A stretch of DNA of 64,000 bases from contig CAVOYH010000004.1 of assembly GCA_963700635.1 (NCBI GenBank), forward strand, positions 288,001 through 352,000, read 5' to 3'. Positions 9,722-18,779 of this stretch are shown here, one piece after another. Made by a program: the position numbers and the translations under genes. The notes under the pieces were generated by a model, which saw only the letters and a list, made by a program, of their open reading frames with translations, ran no database searches and was not told where the DNA came from. Each line of letters begins with the position of its first letter. The first letter of the stretch is position 1. The DNA comes from an uncultured Bacteroidota bacterium. Its GTDB lineage: Bacteria > Bacteroidota > Ignavibacteria > UBA10030 > UBA6906.

Positions 9722-9769
9722 AATACCGTATTTGCGGTATTGTCGGGCCTTCCCTCTAGGTTGTATATT
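9722..9769 (+). promoter_or_regulatory. Palindromic operator abutting a sigma70-type promoter
   Basis: Inverted repeat AATACCG-tatttg-CGGTATT (9722-9741) overlaps TTGTCG (9740-9745), followed by an 18-bp spacer and TATATT (9764-9769). Confidence 0.5.
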
Positions 9770-9829
9770 GCATATTCGAACGGAAACCGCCGCAACAGTT
9801 TGTGCCACCTGAGGGGAGGAGAAATAGGC

Positions 9830-10396
9830 ATGAACGCCCGACGAATAGTGCTCTGTGGTGCTCTGGTCGTATCCCTCCAGGCAGCATCCTTAGGCCGGGT
9901 GCCCCCGGCCGACCACCCCGAGAGGTTTCAGCCGCCGTCCCGGACAATCGAATTAAAATCCCCTCTTCTGGCTTTCGGAATGTCGTTTCTTATACCGGGC
10001 CTTGGCCAGTACTACAACGGACACTATTTCAAAGGCGCGATTCAGACCGGAGTTTTCGCCGCGGGGATCATCGTGATGCTGACGATGGGGACGGAAACGC
10101 ACTACAGCTCGGGCGCCTACACCGACTACAGCCGTTACGGCACGTTCACGTATTACCGGCCATCTTCGGAAAATGAACTCTCGACGATGTTCTACGTCGG
10201 GGCCGGCGTCGCCGCTGCTTCGTGGTTGTGGTCGATCATCGACGCCCCGCTGTCGACAAGCTCGATCAACGAGCGTCGGAGAGAACAGCAGAGGTACGGG
10301 CATATGTACGAGCTCGGAGGCGAGCGCTACGCGCTGGGCATGGACGTGGTGCCGGTGCGGGAGGGGATCGCCGTGCAGCTGGTGATGCACTTCTGA
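9830..10396 (+). CDS. Secreted/membrane protein with TM2/DUF5683-like motif
   Basis: SD GGAGGAG before ATG 9830, a signal peptide, KSPLLAFGMSFLIPGLGQYYNG and WLWSIIDA motifs, and a C-terminal Phe. Confidence 0.7.
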   Translation: MNARRIVLCGALVVSLQAASLGRVPPADHPERFQPPSRTIELKSPLLAFGMSFLIPGLGQYYNGHYFKGAIQTGVFAAGIIVMLTMGTETHYSSGAYTDYSRYGTFTYYRPSSENELSTMFYVGAGVAAASWLWSIIDAPLSTSSINERRREQQRYGHMYELGGERYALGMDVVPVREGIAVQLVMHF

Positions 10397-10531
10397 CCTG
10401 ACATCGGAAAAACTGCACCTCCGGTCCGATCGTCCGCCGGAGCGAAGGGGTACCTGAAGCGGCAATCTTTGGCACAGGGGAGTTTCCTGCCTGAAAATGA
10501 TCTCTTCGCACACTCTCACCGGGAGTCTGAT

Positions 10532-11083
10532 ATGAACGCACGCTCGCGCCGGTTTCTCTCCACCGCCGTCCTTGGGTTCGTCATCGCTACTCTTGCGGCC
10601 GCTCAGACCAGCTCGTCGTTCAGAATGCTGAGCGGCGGAGTTGCCGTCACGGGAGGCTCGGCGGCATCATCTTCTTTCCGCCTGCTGGTCTCAGCCGGAA
10701 CGGCGATCGCGTCAGGCCGGGCCACCAGCACAAACTTCCGGCTGAACGGTGGCGTGGTCCTGACCGATGTTCCCGGTGGCGACGGCTCGCCTCCGCAGAC
10801 CCCGACGTCGGTGCAACTACTCCAGAATTACCCGAACCCGTTCAATCCGGCCACCACAATCTCGTACGAGCTCCCGCGCAGGTCCACAGTCCGTATCACG
10901 GTCACCAATGCTCTCGGTGAAACTGTACGGACGATTGACGAAGGAGAACGGGAGGCAGGAACTCACCGTGTGCTGTGGGACGGGCGCAATGATTCCGGGA
11001 TTCAGGCCCCGAGCGGGGCCTACTACTACCAGCTGTCCGCGGGCGATACAAGGTACGCACGAAAGATGATACTGATTCGATGA
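10532..11083 (+). CDS. Small secreted protein with T9SS type A / FlgD-Ig C-terminal domain
   Basis: Signal peptide and a thrice-repeated S(S/T)(S/N)FR(M/L) segment, then LLQNYPNPFNPATTISY...WDGRND.G...SGAYYYQL...RKMILIR. Confidence 0.85.
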   Translation: MNARSRRFLSTAVLGFVIATLAAAQTSSSFRMLSGGVAVTGGSAASSSFRLLVSAGTAIASGRATSTNFRLNGGVVLTDVPGGDGSPPQTPTSVQLLQNYPNPFNPATTISYELPRRSTVRITVTNALGETVRTIDEGEREAGTHRVLWDGRNDSGIQAPSGAYYYQLSAGDTRYARKMILIR

Positions 11084-11140
11084 TCCCCCGGCCCGCCGGG
11101 GACACAACATGCTGTGGACCAGTTTTCAGCAGGAGCTCCC

Positions 11141-11665
11141 ATGAAGACACTCTTTTCACTTCTCTGCACCCTCTGCCTCGTGATGGCGCCCCGGGTGTTC
11201 GCGCAGCAGGTCCCGCAATGCATCTTTTATCACGGCACACTTACGACCGCCGCGGGGTCCGCGGTATCGACGCCGAAGACCATGGTGTTCACCATCTGGT
11301 CCCAGGCGTCCGGCGGCTCAATGTTGTGGCAGGAATCGCACACCGGAGTGACGGTGAGCCAGGGGCACTTCAGCGTCATGCTTGGAGGCGCGGGAAACGC
11401 CATCCCAGCTTCCGTGTTCTCTGATACGCTGCGTTACCTGCAGGTTGTCATCGAGGGGGAGACACTCACGCCGCGGCAGCGCATCGGCAGTGTCCCGTTC
11501 GCGTACAGATCGGCTTCTGCGCCCGACATGACTCTCCCCTTTTCCGGGAGCGCTTCCAGCGTAGGGAGCGTGTTCCGCGTTGAGAACACGAACACGGACA
11601 ACCGTTTCATCATCGGCGTCAGATCCATCGGGCGGCCGAATAGGGGAAGGGGAGTATTCTCATGA
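11141..11665 (+). CDS. Secreted fibre-type protein N-terminal domain (probably C-terminally truncated)
   Basis: SD AGGAG and a signal peptide. QVPQ.IFYHGTL...LWQESH..V.V..G.FSVMLG...RYLQV.I.GETLTPRQ.IGSVPFA is the N-terminal domain typical of FCB collagen/peptidase-S74 fibre proteins. It ends soon after this domain, and its stop overlaps the next ATG. Confidence 0.65.
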   Translation: MKTLFSLLCTLCLVMAPRVFAQQVPQCIFYHGTLTTAAGSAVSTPKTMVFTIWSQASGGSMLWQESHTGVTVSQGHFSVMLGGAGNAIPASVFSDTLRYLQVVIEGETLTPRQRIGSVPFAYRSASAPDMTLPFSGSASSVGSVFRVENTNTDNRFIIGVRSIGRPNRGRGVFS

Positions 11666-12183
11666 AAAACATGTATCGATTGCTGCTATTGCTCTGCCTT
11701 TGTGGCCTGTGCCTCGCCTCGTGTGACGATCTGCTTGTGACAGATCAAACCGGCGGAGAGTGGGCCATCTTCAGGCTTGCTGACCCTTCTGTGACCAGCG
11801 ACCAGGTCCGTGATGTGCCGCTTTCAGACATGAAGCTGGCAGATGTCCCGTTCATATCGGCCCGGGAGCTAGAATCGTATCACTGGAAGACACATATGTT
11901 CGAGTGTACACCGGAGGCCGACAGCCTCTTAGACTCTCTGGGGCGGTACGGCGGGTCGACACGCGGGGTTCCCTTTGTCGTGACTGTCGACAGGCAACCG
12001 ATCTACTTGGGGAGTTTCTGGTGGGGATACTCATCCATGGTGCCCTGGTGTCCATTCGTGGAAATTGCCTGGCCACAATCGAGAAGGATTCAGTTGCCTT
12101 CTCTCTATCAGGGAAAAGACCCGCGTTCCGACCCCCGGATCTATTCGGCGCTCAAGAATGCCGGGGTGTTGACTGACGAGTAA
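11662..12183 (+). CDS. Hypothetical lipoprotein
   Basis: Lipobox LASC after a hydrophobic stretch, and an ATGA overlap with the upstream gene. Confidence 0.7.
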   Translation: MKNMYRLLLLLCLCGLCLASCDDLLVTDQTGGEWAIFRLADPSVTSDQVRDVPLSDMKLADVPFISARELESYHWKTHMFECTPEADSLLDSLGRYGGSTRGVPFVVTVDRQPIYLGSFWWGYSSMVPWCPFVEIAWPQSRRIQLPSLYQGKDPRSDPRIYSALKNAGVLTDE

Positions 12184-12249
12184 CCCTCCGACAGCGGATG
12201 AGCCTGGCATCGCGGACGCCGTTGAATGAAAGGGTAGAAGGAGAATACA

Positions 12250-12609
12250 TTGGAGAAAGTAAACCTGGCGGAAAAGTTCTCGCTTTTCACAACACACTGG
12301 GATCCTAAGATCGTGGGTGGGCTCAATGGCCAACATGTGAAGTTGGTGAAGTTTCAGGGCGAGTTTGTGTGGCATCACCATGAAGCGGAGGATGAATTGT
12401 TCTTTGTTGTGCGCGGGACGTTCAGGATGGAGTTCCGCGATCGTGTTGTGCCGTTGAGCGAGGGGGAATTCATCATCGTGCCGCGTGGCGTGGATCATCG
12501 TCCGGTCGCGGAGCAGGAGGTGCATGTGTTGCTGTTTGAACCGGCGTCCACGGTTAACACAGGATCCGCGCCAGGCGGGAAGACCGTGAGGAACCCTGAG
12601 TGGCTCTGA
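12250..12609 (+). CDS. Cupin domain protein
   Basis: GEFVWHHHEAEDELFFVVRG and IVPRGVDHRP cupin motifs. SD AGGAG precedes the TTG start. Confidence 0.9.
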   Translation: MEKVNLAEKFSLFTTHWDPKIVGGLNGQHVKLVKFQGEFVWHHHEAEDELFFVVRGTFRMEFRDRVVPLSEGEFIIVPRGVDHRPVAEQEVHVLLFEPASTVNTGSAPGGKTVRNPEWL

Positions 12610-12739
12610 CCCATCCGGGGATTCTTCCTCAAACAAACACCGGATTATCAAGGACCTTTTGTCCCGGGAGGACTGAAATGCGGGTCAATCTGTATCGGCA
12701 CCGCCACCCTTCTGGCGCGCCATCACCCGGGAGGAAAAC

Positions 12740-13513
12740 TTGCAGCACATGATGCATCGGATGGGTTGGGTTGTTCGAAACGCCTCGAACCTCCTCCGGG
12801 GTTACAATATCTATGTCAATCGGGAGAAACTACGTTTGATTGATCGGGCGTTCAGATCGATGGATCCTGCTCCACGATCGTTTGTCGATCTTGGTGGTGT
12901 GTGGAGGGTCAACGCGGCATACACACGATATACCCTCAGGGGATTCAGTATCGACAGGGGTGTCATTGTCGACACCGATTACCCGGAATCTGTGCGGAGA
13001 ATGCTGCGCAGATTTCCCCAGCTCACGGTGCTTCAGGGTGACTTTACCGCTCCGGCACTTATTGAGCGAATAGAGCCAGTGGACCTGGTGTACTGTTTTG
13101 ATGTGCTCCTTCACCAGGCAAACCCAGACTGGGATCAGGTGCTCAGTGCCTATGCCGGTGCTACGAGCTGTTTTGTCATCTTCAACCAGCAGTATATCAG
13201 GAGCGCACACACCATCCGGTTGACAGATCTCCCCCTGGAAGAGTACCTGGCGATTGCACCTGCCGGAAGGGAGCTGATGTATCGGAAAGTGTATGCGCAC
13301 AAAAAAGAGATCCATCCAATCCACGGCAAGCCATGGGGTGACATACACAACATCTTTCAATGGGGTATTACGGATGGGGATCTCCGCGCCCTCATGGCCG
13401 ATCTGGGGTTTACGGAGACGTACTACTGCAATCATGGCAGATTCTCGAACTTGCCCGCATTTGAGAATCACGCCTTCATTTTTGACGCGAGATCACAAGA
13501 CGGGCCTGACTGA
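12740..13513 (+). CDS. Putative class I SAM-dependent methyltransferase
   Basis: SFVDLGGVW motif-I-like segment, acidic end of beta2 (IVDTD), QGDF, and DLVYCFDVLLHQ motif-IV-like segment. Confidence 0.6.
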   Translation: MQHMMHRMGWVVRNASNLLRGYNIYVNREKLRLIDRAFRSMDPAPRSFVDLGGVWRVNAAYTRYTLRGFSIDRGVIVDTDYPESVRRMLRRFPQLTVLQGDFTAPALIERIEPVDLVYCFDVLLHQANPDWDQVLSAYAGATSCFVIFNQQYIRSAHTIRLTDLPLEEYLAIAPAGRELMYRKVYAHKKEIHPIHGKPWGDIHNIFQWGITDGDLRALMADLGFTETYYCNHGRFSNLPAFENHAFIFDARSQDGPD

Positions 13514-13713
13514 CGGCTCGCCCTGATGCCGCTCGCCGGGACGCGGCGTATGTGCCGAAAAAGACCGGAAAAAGAGCACAAATCTTGCCTCACCGTAGGG
13601 GTATTGCCCCGGTCATTCGTTTATATCAGGTACAGGTCACTCGAATCGCAAGCCCGCGGGCATGGTCTAGTCCGCTGCCGGTTGATGAGAATCCTTCAAT
13701 GGGGGAGGTTTCC

Positions 13714-13832
13714 ATGGACAAATCATTTCTCTTTGTCCTCTCTCGTTCACATACAATGGTGAACAACTGATGCTGGAGCAACATGATCAGCAGCACCAGC
13801 GGGAACGTAAAATTGTATTAACACGGCAGTAG
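13714..13832 (+). pseudogene. Possible internally deleted gene remnant
   Basis: Strong SD GGAGGT precedes MDKSFLFVLS, which is joined out of frame to a protein-like tail FTYNGEQLMLEQHDQQHQRERKIVLTRQ*. Confidence 0.3.
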
Positions 13833-13921
13833 TTTCGCATCAATGATGCCTTCGTGCTCTGATGTGGGCACCGAGCCTGTTACAGGGTGGTTGGCCGACT
13901 ACCACTCGTGATGAGGTCCTG

Positions 13922-14539
13922 ATGATACACAGAAGATGTGCCGGAATACTCCTGGGAATTCTTATCCTGTTTTCACCGTTTGTCCGGGCTCAGGTGAATG
14001 TCTCCTCTGTGACCATCCGCTCAGGCGTGATCCGGACAATGTGGCACGATCATGGCTCAGTCTCCGTCCCACTCTGGGCTTTCTATCCCGAGATTCAGAT
14101 TGGAGGGATGTTGTTTCTTCCTTATCTTCGATGGGGTGCCTCCTGGGGATACTGGTCCGATGGTATTGACCGACCACTTCCTGTCATGGATATGGTCACG
14201 TATTCGCAGAGTAGTCATGTTGTCGCAATGCGTATGGAATTCCACCCGCGTGAACTGGACCAACATGTGCCGATTCCGATCAGCGTATTTGTTGGAGCTG
14301 CGGAACACTTCGTGCGGCAAGAATACATCGGAGGAGCTGACCTCGCGGGAAACGGTGGCCAGAATTCTTCTGACCGCGCACTGGTTGGGTTTGCCGGCGT
14401 GGGTGTGTCCTTTCGAGTGCTGCCCTCCCTGAGTCTGGAAGGAGAAGTACGGCAATTTATCCCGTTTGGCGAGAGTGAAGACCAGCGCGCGCACAAGGAC
14501 CGCCGGGTTTTTTCGATTGGCGGCACTCTGAACTTCTGA
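13922..14539 (+). CDS. Hypothetical outer-membrane beta-barrel protein
   Basis: SD GAGG, signal peptide ending VRA-Q, amphipathic strands, and C-terminal FSIGGTLNF. Confidence 0.65.
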   Translation: MIHRRCAGILLGILILFSPFVRAQVNVSSVTIRSGVIRTMWHDHGSVSVPLWAFYPEIQIGGMLFLPYLRWGASWGYWSDGIDRPLPVMDMVTYSQSSHVVAMRMEFHPRELDQHVPIPISVFVGAAEHFVRQEYIGGADLAGNGGQNSSDRALVGFAGVGVSFRVLPSLSLEGEVRQFIPFGESEDQRAHKDRRVFSIGGTLNF

Positions 14540-14599
14540 CCTTCTGGAGAAGTCGGTGAAGATGGCAGTGCATCCACCTGATTTAGTATTGACTACATC

Positions 14600-14760
14600 G
14601 TGAGAATGAAGCAGACCGCAGCCGAAATTCACCAATCCCTGGTGGCGATCACACGAAAAGATGTGCCTTCCGTTCGTATCCTTCGCCGTTCGTGGTCCAA
14701 TCGACTAAAGGATATACCCGGCCCTTCCGTCATTAGCCTGGCCCCCCGAGTTAGCCGGGA
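14600..14760 (+). pseudogene. Possible 5' remnant of a DNA alkylation repair (AlkD-like) gene
   Basis: DVPSVRILRRSWSNRLKDIPGPSVISLA resembles the N-terminus of AlkD-family HEAT-repeat glycosylases. The similarity does not continue downstream. Confidence 0.3.
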
Positions 14761-14862
14761 GGCACGCAACAAGCTGCAAACAGGACTCAAGAACCCCCGG
14801 CATCCGATCGCCGGTGAACGTGCGGAGTTATATTGTTTTAGCACATGCAAGAGAGTGCTACA

Positions 14863-15267
14863 ATGAAATGGCGATTTGTCATTGCCTGGATTCCCGGTAT
14901 CCCCATAGCTATTGCGAATGGCTTTCTGCGCGAAATGGTGTACACTCAAATGATGAACGGACTTCATGCCCACCAACTCTCGGCGGCAAGTTTTATCGTC
15001 CTCTTTGGCGCGTACGTGTGGCTCATTCTCCTATGGTTGAAGCCCGAATCAGGCCCGGAAGCGGTGCGGATCGGCCTCCTCTGGCTTGTCCTGACTGTGG
15101 TGTTTGAGTTCGGTTTTGGCCACTATGTGATGGGACACCCGTGGCAACACCTCTTCCATGACTACAATATCGCCGCAGGCCGACTGTGGGTTATAGTGTT
15201 ATTCTGGATTGCCGCCTCGCCGTGGATCCTCAACAGATTGCTGAAGCGGCGGACACACGCAGAGTGA
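14863..15267 (+). CDS. Hypothetical 4-TM membrane protein
   Basis: Four hydrophobic segments with conserved-looking AIANGFLRE, WLVLTVVFEFGFGHYV and DYNI..GRLW motifs. Confidence 0.75.
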   Translation: MKWRFVIAWIPGIPIAIANGFLREMVYTQMMNGLHAHQLSAASFIVLFGAYVWLILLWLKPESGPEAVRIGLLWLVLTVVFEFGFGHYVMGHPWQHLFHDYNIAAGRLWVIVLFWIAASPWILNRLLKRRTHAE

Positions 15268-15338
15268 ACGGCGCGAAGAACACGAACCTGCCACACCGGG
15301 CACATTGAGGGTATGGCAGAGTTGAAAAACAAAAAGTG

Positions 15339-16749
15339 TTATCCGGCAAGTTCTGCCTCGATCCGCTCGAGCGACTTCCCCTTGGTTTCGGGAACACGCA
15401 GGGCAACAAAAACGAACCCGCCTGCACAGATTGCTGCATACAGCCAGAATGTTCCTGAAGCCCCGAGCAGGGTATTCAGAAGCGGAAATGTGTATGTGAG
15501 AATAAAGCATGCTATCCAGAGGGCCGCAACCGCTGTAGAGACCGCAGCGCCGCGGATCCGGTTGGGGAAGATTTCAGAGATAAGCACCCACGTCACAGGA
15601 GCCAGGGAGAGCGCATAACTGGCAATAGCCAGGAGCACAAACGTCACGATCACCGGACCTGTCCAGTGAAAGAAGTAGGCCAGGCCGATAAGTGTATGGA
15701 ACGATGTGATCCCGGCGCAACCAATCAGGAGCAAGGCCCGCCGGCCAAAACGGTCCACAGTGCCCAGTGCGATGAGTGTTGATACAAGATTCACGATGCC
15801 CGTGATCACGATGGTAAAGAGGATCGAACTTACCCCGTACCCCGCCTCCAGAAAAATCTCTTCCGCGTAGTTAAAGATGACATTGATCCCGCTCCATTGT
15901 TGCAGTACCGCAAGGGCGACGCCGATCAACAGGATCCTCCGGACACCCGGTTTCGAAAAGATCTCGAAAATGTACCTGCCCGATGTCTTCTTTCCGGATC
16001 GTCTCCTGAATCGACATTACTTCGCCATTTGCGTAGTCTGTGCCCCCTATTCTGGCGAGGATTCTGTGCGCGCGCTCCGTCGCGCCGTTCTTTACCAGCC
16101 AGCGCGGACTTTCCGGGATAATGAGGGATCCGACAAAAAACGCCGCTGACGGGAGTGCCACCACGGTAAACATCCAGCGCCATCCCTCTTGTCCGTTCCA
16201 TGAAGCACGAATAAATTCTGTGGAGGCACCCTCCGGCACCGGTTCTGCAATAAGCCAATTGATGATCTGAGCCGCGAGTATGCCGATGACGATCGTAAAT
16301 TGATTGAGAGAAACAAGTCTGCCGCGGATATGGGCGGGAGCAATTTCTGCGATATACATGGGCGAGAGAGCGCTTGCCATGCCAATGGCAACCCCGCCGA
16401 GGATCCTCCACACGATAAAACTGCTGAAGGTGCCGGCCCAGCCTGTCAGGACGGATGAAGCGGCAAAGAGCACGGCCGCAAGAAGGAGCAGGCGTTTGCG
16501 TCCGAACCGGTCGCTGAGCCCGCCGGTGAAGACTGCGCCTGCCAGGCAGCCGAGCAGCGCGCAGCTGTTCGCCCACCCTCTTTCGCTTTCATGGTTGAGG
16601 TGAAAAAATGGTTCAAAAAAGGGTTTGGCGCCCCCGATGACCACCCAATCGTACCCGAACAACAACCCTCCCAAAGCAGCCACAAGCGACACCAGCCAGA
16701 CATAGCGCATATTCAACGCGTGTACACCAGCGGGTTCAACTGCTCTCAT
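15339..16749 (-). pseudogene. Sugar porter family MFS transporter (XylE/AraE-like), split by a +1 frameshift near 15951-15954
   Basis: The N-half has ALGGLLFGYD, SDRFGRK and PESPRWL. The C-half has LQQWSGINVIFNYA, VDRFGRR, WVLISEIFP and PETKGKSLE. Removing one base restores LF(K/E)PGVRRILLIG. The gene may be intact, with a sequencing error. Confidence 0.85.
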
Positions 16750-16861
16750 GGGGGACCTGTCCTTCTTTTAGTCATTACAGGCATCTGTGGAACAGAAGAT
16801 AGAGAAACAAATCCCCATTTGCACCGGGACCCGGCGGATAGTTGCGGGGAAGACGGGAGAC

Positions 16862-16900
16862 TTGACAATGTATCAATATATTTCTATATTGGTCGAAATA
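16862..16900 (+). promoter_or_regulatory. sigma70 promoter with overlapping inverted-repeat operator (likely ArsR autoregulation)
   Basis: TTGACA (16862-16867), 17 bp, TATATT (16885-16890). Inverted repeats TATTTC-N10-GAAATA (16879-16900) and CAATATA-N4-TATATTG (16874-16891) span the -10. Confidence 0.7.
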
Positions 16901-16917
16901 GTTATATGGAGGTTATT

Positions 16918-17502
16918 ATGGTGCCCGAGGCATATCTTTCGGACCTCGTACAGTTTTTTAAGGTGCTCGGTGAGCCGCAACGGCTCAGGATCGTGGGGTT
17001 GTTGTCGCAACGCCCGCACACGGTGGAAGACCTTGCGCGAACCCTCCGGCTCAGCGGTTCGACCGTGTCGCATCACCTTTCACGTCTTTCCGATGCCGGA
17101 CTCGTTACCGCACGGGCGGAGAGTTACTACAACGTCTACACGCTCAGGACAGAAGTATTGACGACAATGGCGCGGACCATCCTCAAGCAGACCCAACAGC
17201 CCAGACCGGCTGATGCCGGTATGCTGGATGCCTTCGAGCGTAAGGTCGTCGAAACCTTCACCACGCCGGATGGGAAGATCAAGGCCTTTCCCGCACAGGA
17301 GAAAAAGTACCTTGTCCTGGTACGGTATGTCTTGAAGGCATTTGACCCGGGGGTAAAATATACCGAAAAACGGGTTAACCAGATTTTGTCCAGGTACAAT
17401 GATGATACGGCACGCCTGCGCCGGTCCCTCGTAGAGTTCCGGTTTATGGCAAGGGAGGGAGGGGGAGGGAAGTACTGGCGGATCGATGAGCAGGCGGGTT
17501 AA
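16918..17502 (+). CDS. ArsR/SmtB family transcriptional regulator with C-terminal DUF2087
   Basis: FFKVLGEPQRLRIVGLL...STVSHHLSRL..AGLV winged HTH, plus C-terminal IKAFPAQEKK...YTEKRVN..L..Y.DDTARLRRSLV...M.R..GG..YW. SD GGAGG. Confidence 0.88.
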   Translation: MVPEAYLSDLVQFFKVLGEPQRLRIVGLLSQRPHTVEDLARTLRLSGSTVSHHLSRLSDAGLVTARAESYYNVYTLRTEVLTTMARTILKQTQQPRPADAGMLDAFERKVVETFTTPDGKIKAFPAQEKKYLVLVRYVLKAFDPGVKYTEKRVNQILSRYNDDTARLRRSLVEFRFMAREGGGGKYWRIDEQAG

Positions 17503-17533
17503 ACCACTTGGGTCGTCTTGTTGTCCAATATGA

Positions 17534-17569
17534 AAGCCGGTATTGTGTGGGCAACCGGCTTCTTTTTTT
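17534..17569 (+). terminator. Rho-independent terminator
   Basis: AAGCCGGT/ACCGGCTT stem followed by a T7 tract downstream of the ArsR gene. Confidence 0.7.
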
Positions 17570-17590
17570 CACATTTGAAAGAGAGGCACC

Positions 17591-17980
17591 ATGATACACA
17601 GGACACTTTTCCCGACACGCCGGCTGGTATTCACGCTTCTTGTGCTTGTGATGGCATCAATCGGCTCGACGGTACGGGCACAGCCAATGAGGATCTCGGC
17701 AGAGGAACGGACTAAAAACCTGACGGAACAGCTCGCGCTGGATACCGAGCAGGCGGCGAAAGTGCTGGTCATTCTCAAAAAGTCGGAAGAGGACATGAAG
17801 AAACTCTTCGAAAGTGCTGAGGGTGATCGCGAATCCATGCGGGCCACCATGCGAACAGGCAGGGAAAAAACGAACAAGGCCATTGAAGGTGTTCTCACTG
17901 CTGAACAGAAGAAAAAGTTTGAAGAGATCAGCAAGCAGGGTAATCGTCCCCCTCAGGGAAACCGCCCCGGAGGCCGCTGA
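17591..17980 (+). CDS. Periplasmic helical protein, Spy/CpxP-like
   Basis: Signal peptide, charged helical body with LDTEQ and LTAEQKKKF (LTxxQ) motifs, and a G/R/P-rich tail. Confidence 0.7.
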   Translation: MIHRTLFPTRRLVFTLLVLVMASIGSTVRAQPMRISAEERTKNLTEQLALDTEQAAKVLVILKKSEEDMKKLFESAEGDRESMRATMRTGREKTNKAIEGVLTAEQKKKFEEISKQGNRPPQGNRPGGR

Positions 17981-17994
17981 TTCCGGATTGGTGC

Positions 17995-18048
17995 GCTGAG
18001 GCGCCAGGGAGCAGAGCAGGGCCGAAAAGTCCCCTCTGGCGCTTCAGC
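17995..18048. terminator. Stem-loop between convergent genes
   Basis: GCTGAGGCGCCAG pairs with CTGGCGCTTCAGC (13 bp with one wobble). No clear U tract. Confidence 0.45.
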
Positions 18049-18089
18049 AAACGATACACAAGTGGTCGCAGTAGGCGATTCCGCACCGG

Positions 18090-18779
18090 TCAGAATCGAA
18101 CCGACACTCCGATCTGAAGCACCAGAAGGTCGGTTCTTGATTTGAGGATATCGTACACAACACGGCCGTTCACATTACGGACCGAACCTTCCTTCAGATA
18201 TTCAGCCTCTCCGCCAAACACATACCGTGCTCCGAGGTCCACAAACACGTCGCTGATACTCCCGTCTGCGGGGCTGTATACCAGAATCATCAATCCCGCC
18301 CCGCCGCCATAGCTGAATGTGCCATCCGACAGGTTGTTGCTGCTGGCAACTTCCTGGCCGGGAACATTGATGTTCTCGATTTTTGTCTCTGTGAAGAGGT
18401 AGTTAAACCCGATCATCCCCTGGAGGTAGGGACGCACCTTGCCGGTGTTCGGCTGGAGCCGGAGCAGCGCATGGCCGAGAAAAAAGTTGTTTGTGGTGGA
18501 AACATTCACAAATACGTCGGGGATGGTTGTGCTGAATGCTTCCCGCCGATCGGCTGACCCGTAATTCATGAAGCCGACTTCGAGTCCAAGCATGATTGGC
18601 GTGCCCTCCGGTGCAAACCCGGCGTTCCCCGTTATGCCGAACCCGACGTTATCAACGTTTTTCTTGAATTCGCCCTGGGGCACCCCGACCAGGAAATCCA
18701 GCCCTCCCTGCCAGGATTGCGCCGCGGCGGCGGACGTCAGGAGCATGATGGCGGACAGAACCTGAACCAGGTGACGCAT
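18090..18779 (-). CDS. Outer-membrane beta-barrel protein
   Basis: SD GAGGAG, signal peptide ending AAA-Q, RPYLQGMIGFNY strand motif, and C-terminal QIGVSVRF. Confidence 0.8.
   Translation of the reverse strand: MRHLVQVLSAIMLLTSAAAAQSWQGGLDFLVGVPQGEFKKNVDNVGFGITGNAGFAPEGTPIMLGLEVGFMNYGSADRREAFSTTIPDVFVNVSTTNNFFLGHALLRLQPNTGKVRPYLQGMIGFNYLFTETKIENINVPGQEVASSNNLSDGTFSYGGGAGLMILVYSPADGSISDVFVDLGARYVFGGEAEYLKEGSVRNVNGRVVYDILKSRTDLLVLQIGVSVRF

Noticed and set aside
9830-15267. Integron cassette array (many short, co-oriented, unrelated genes)
   Set aside because: No repeated attC-like RYYYAAC...GTTRRRY elements were seen between the genes and there is no integrase in the window.
16591-16917. Long N-terminal extension of the ArsR ORF
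   Set aside because: It overlaps the divergent sugar porter and the promoter. The SD and domain start point to ATG 16918.
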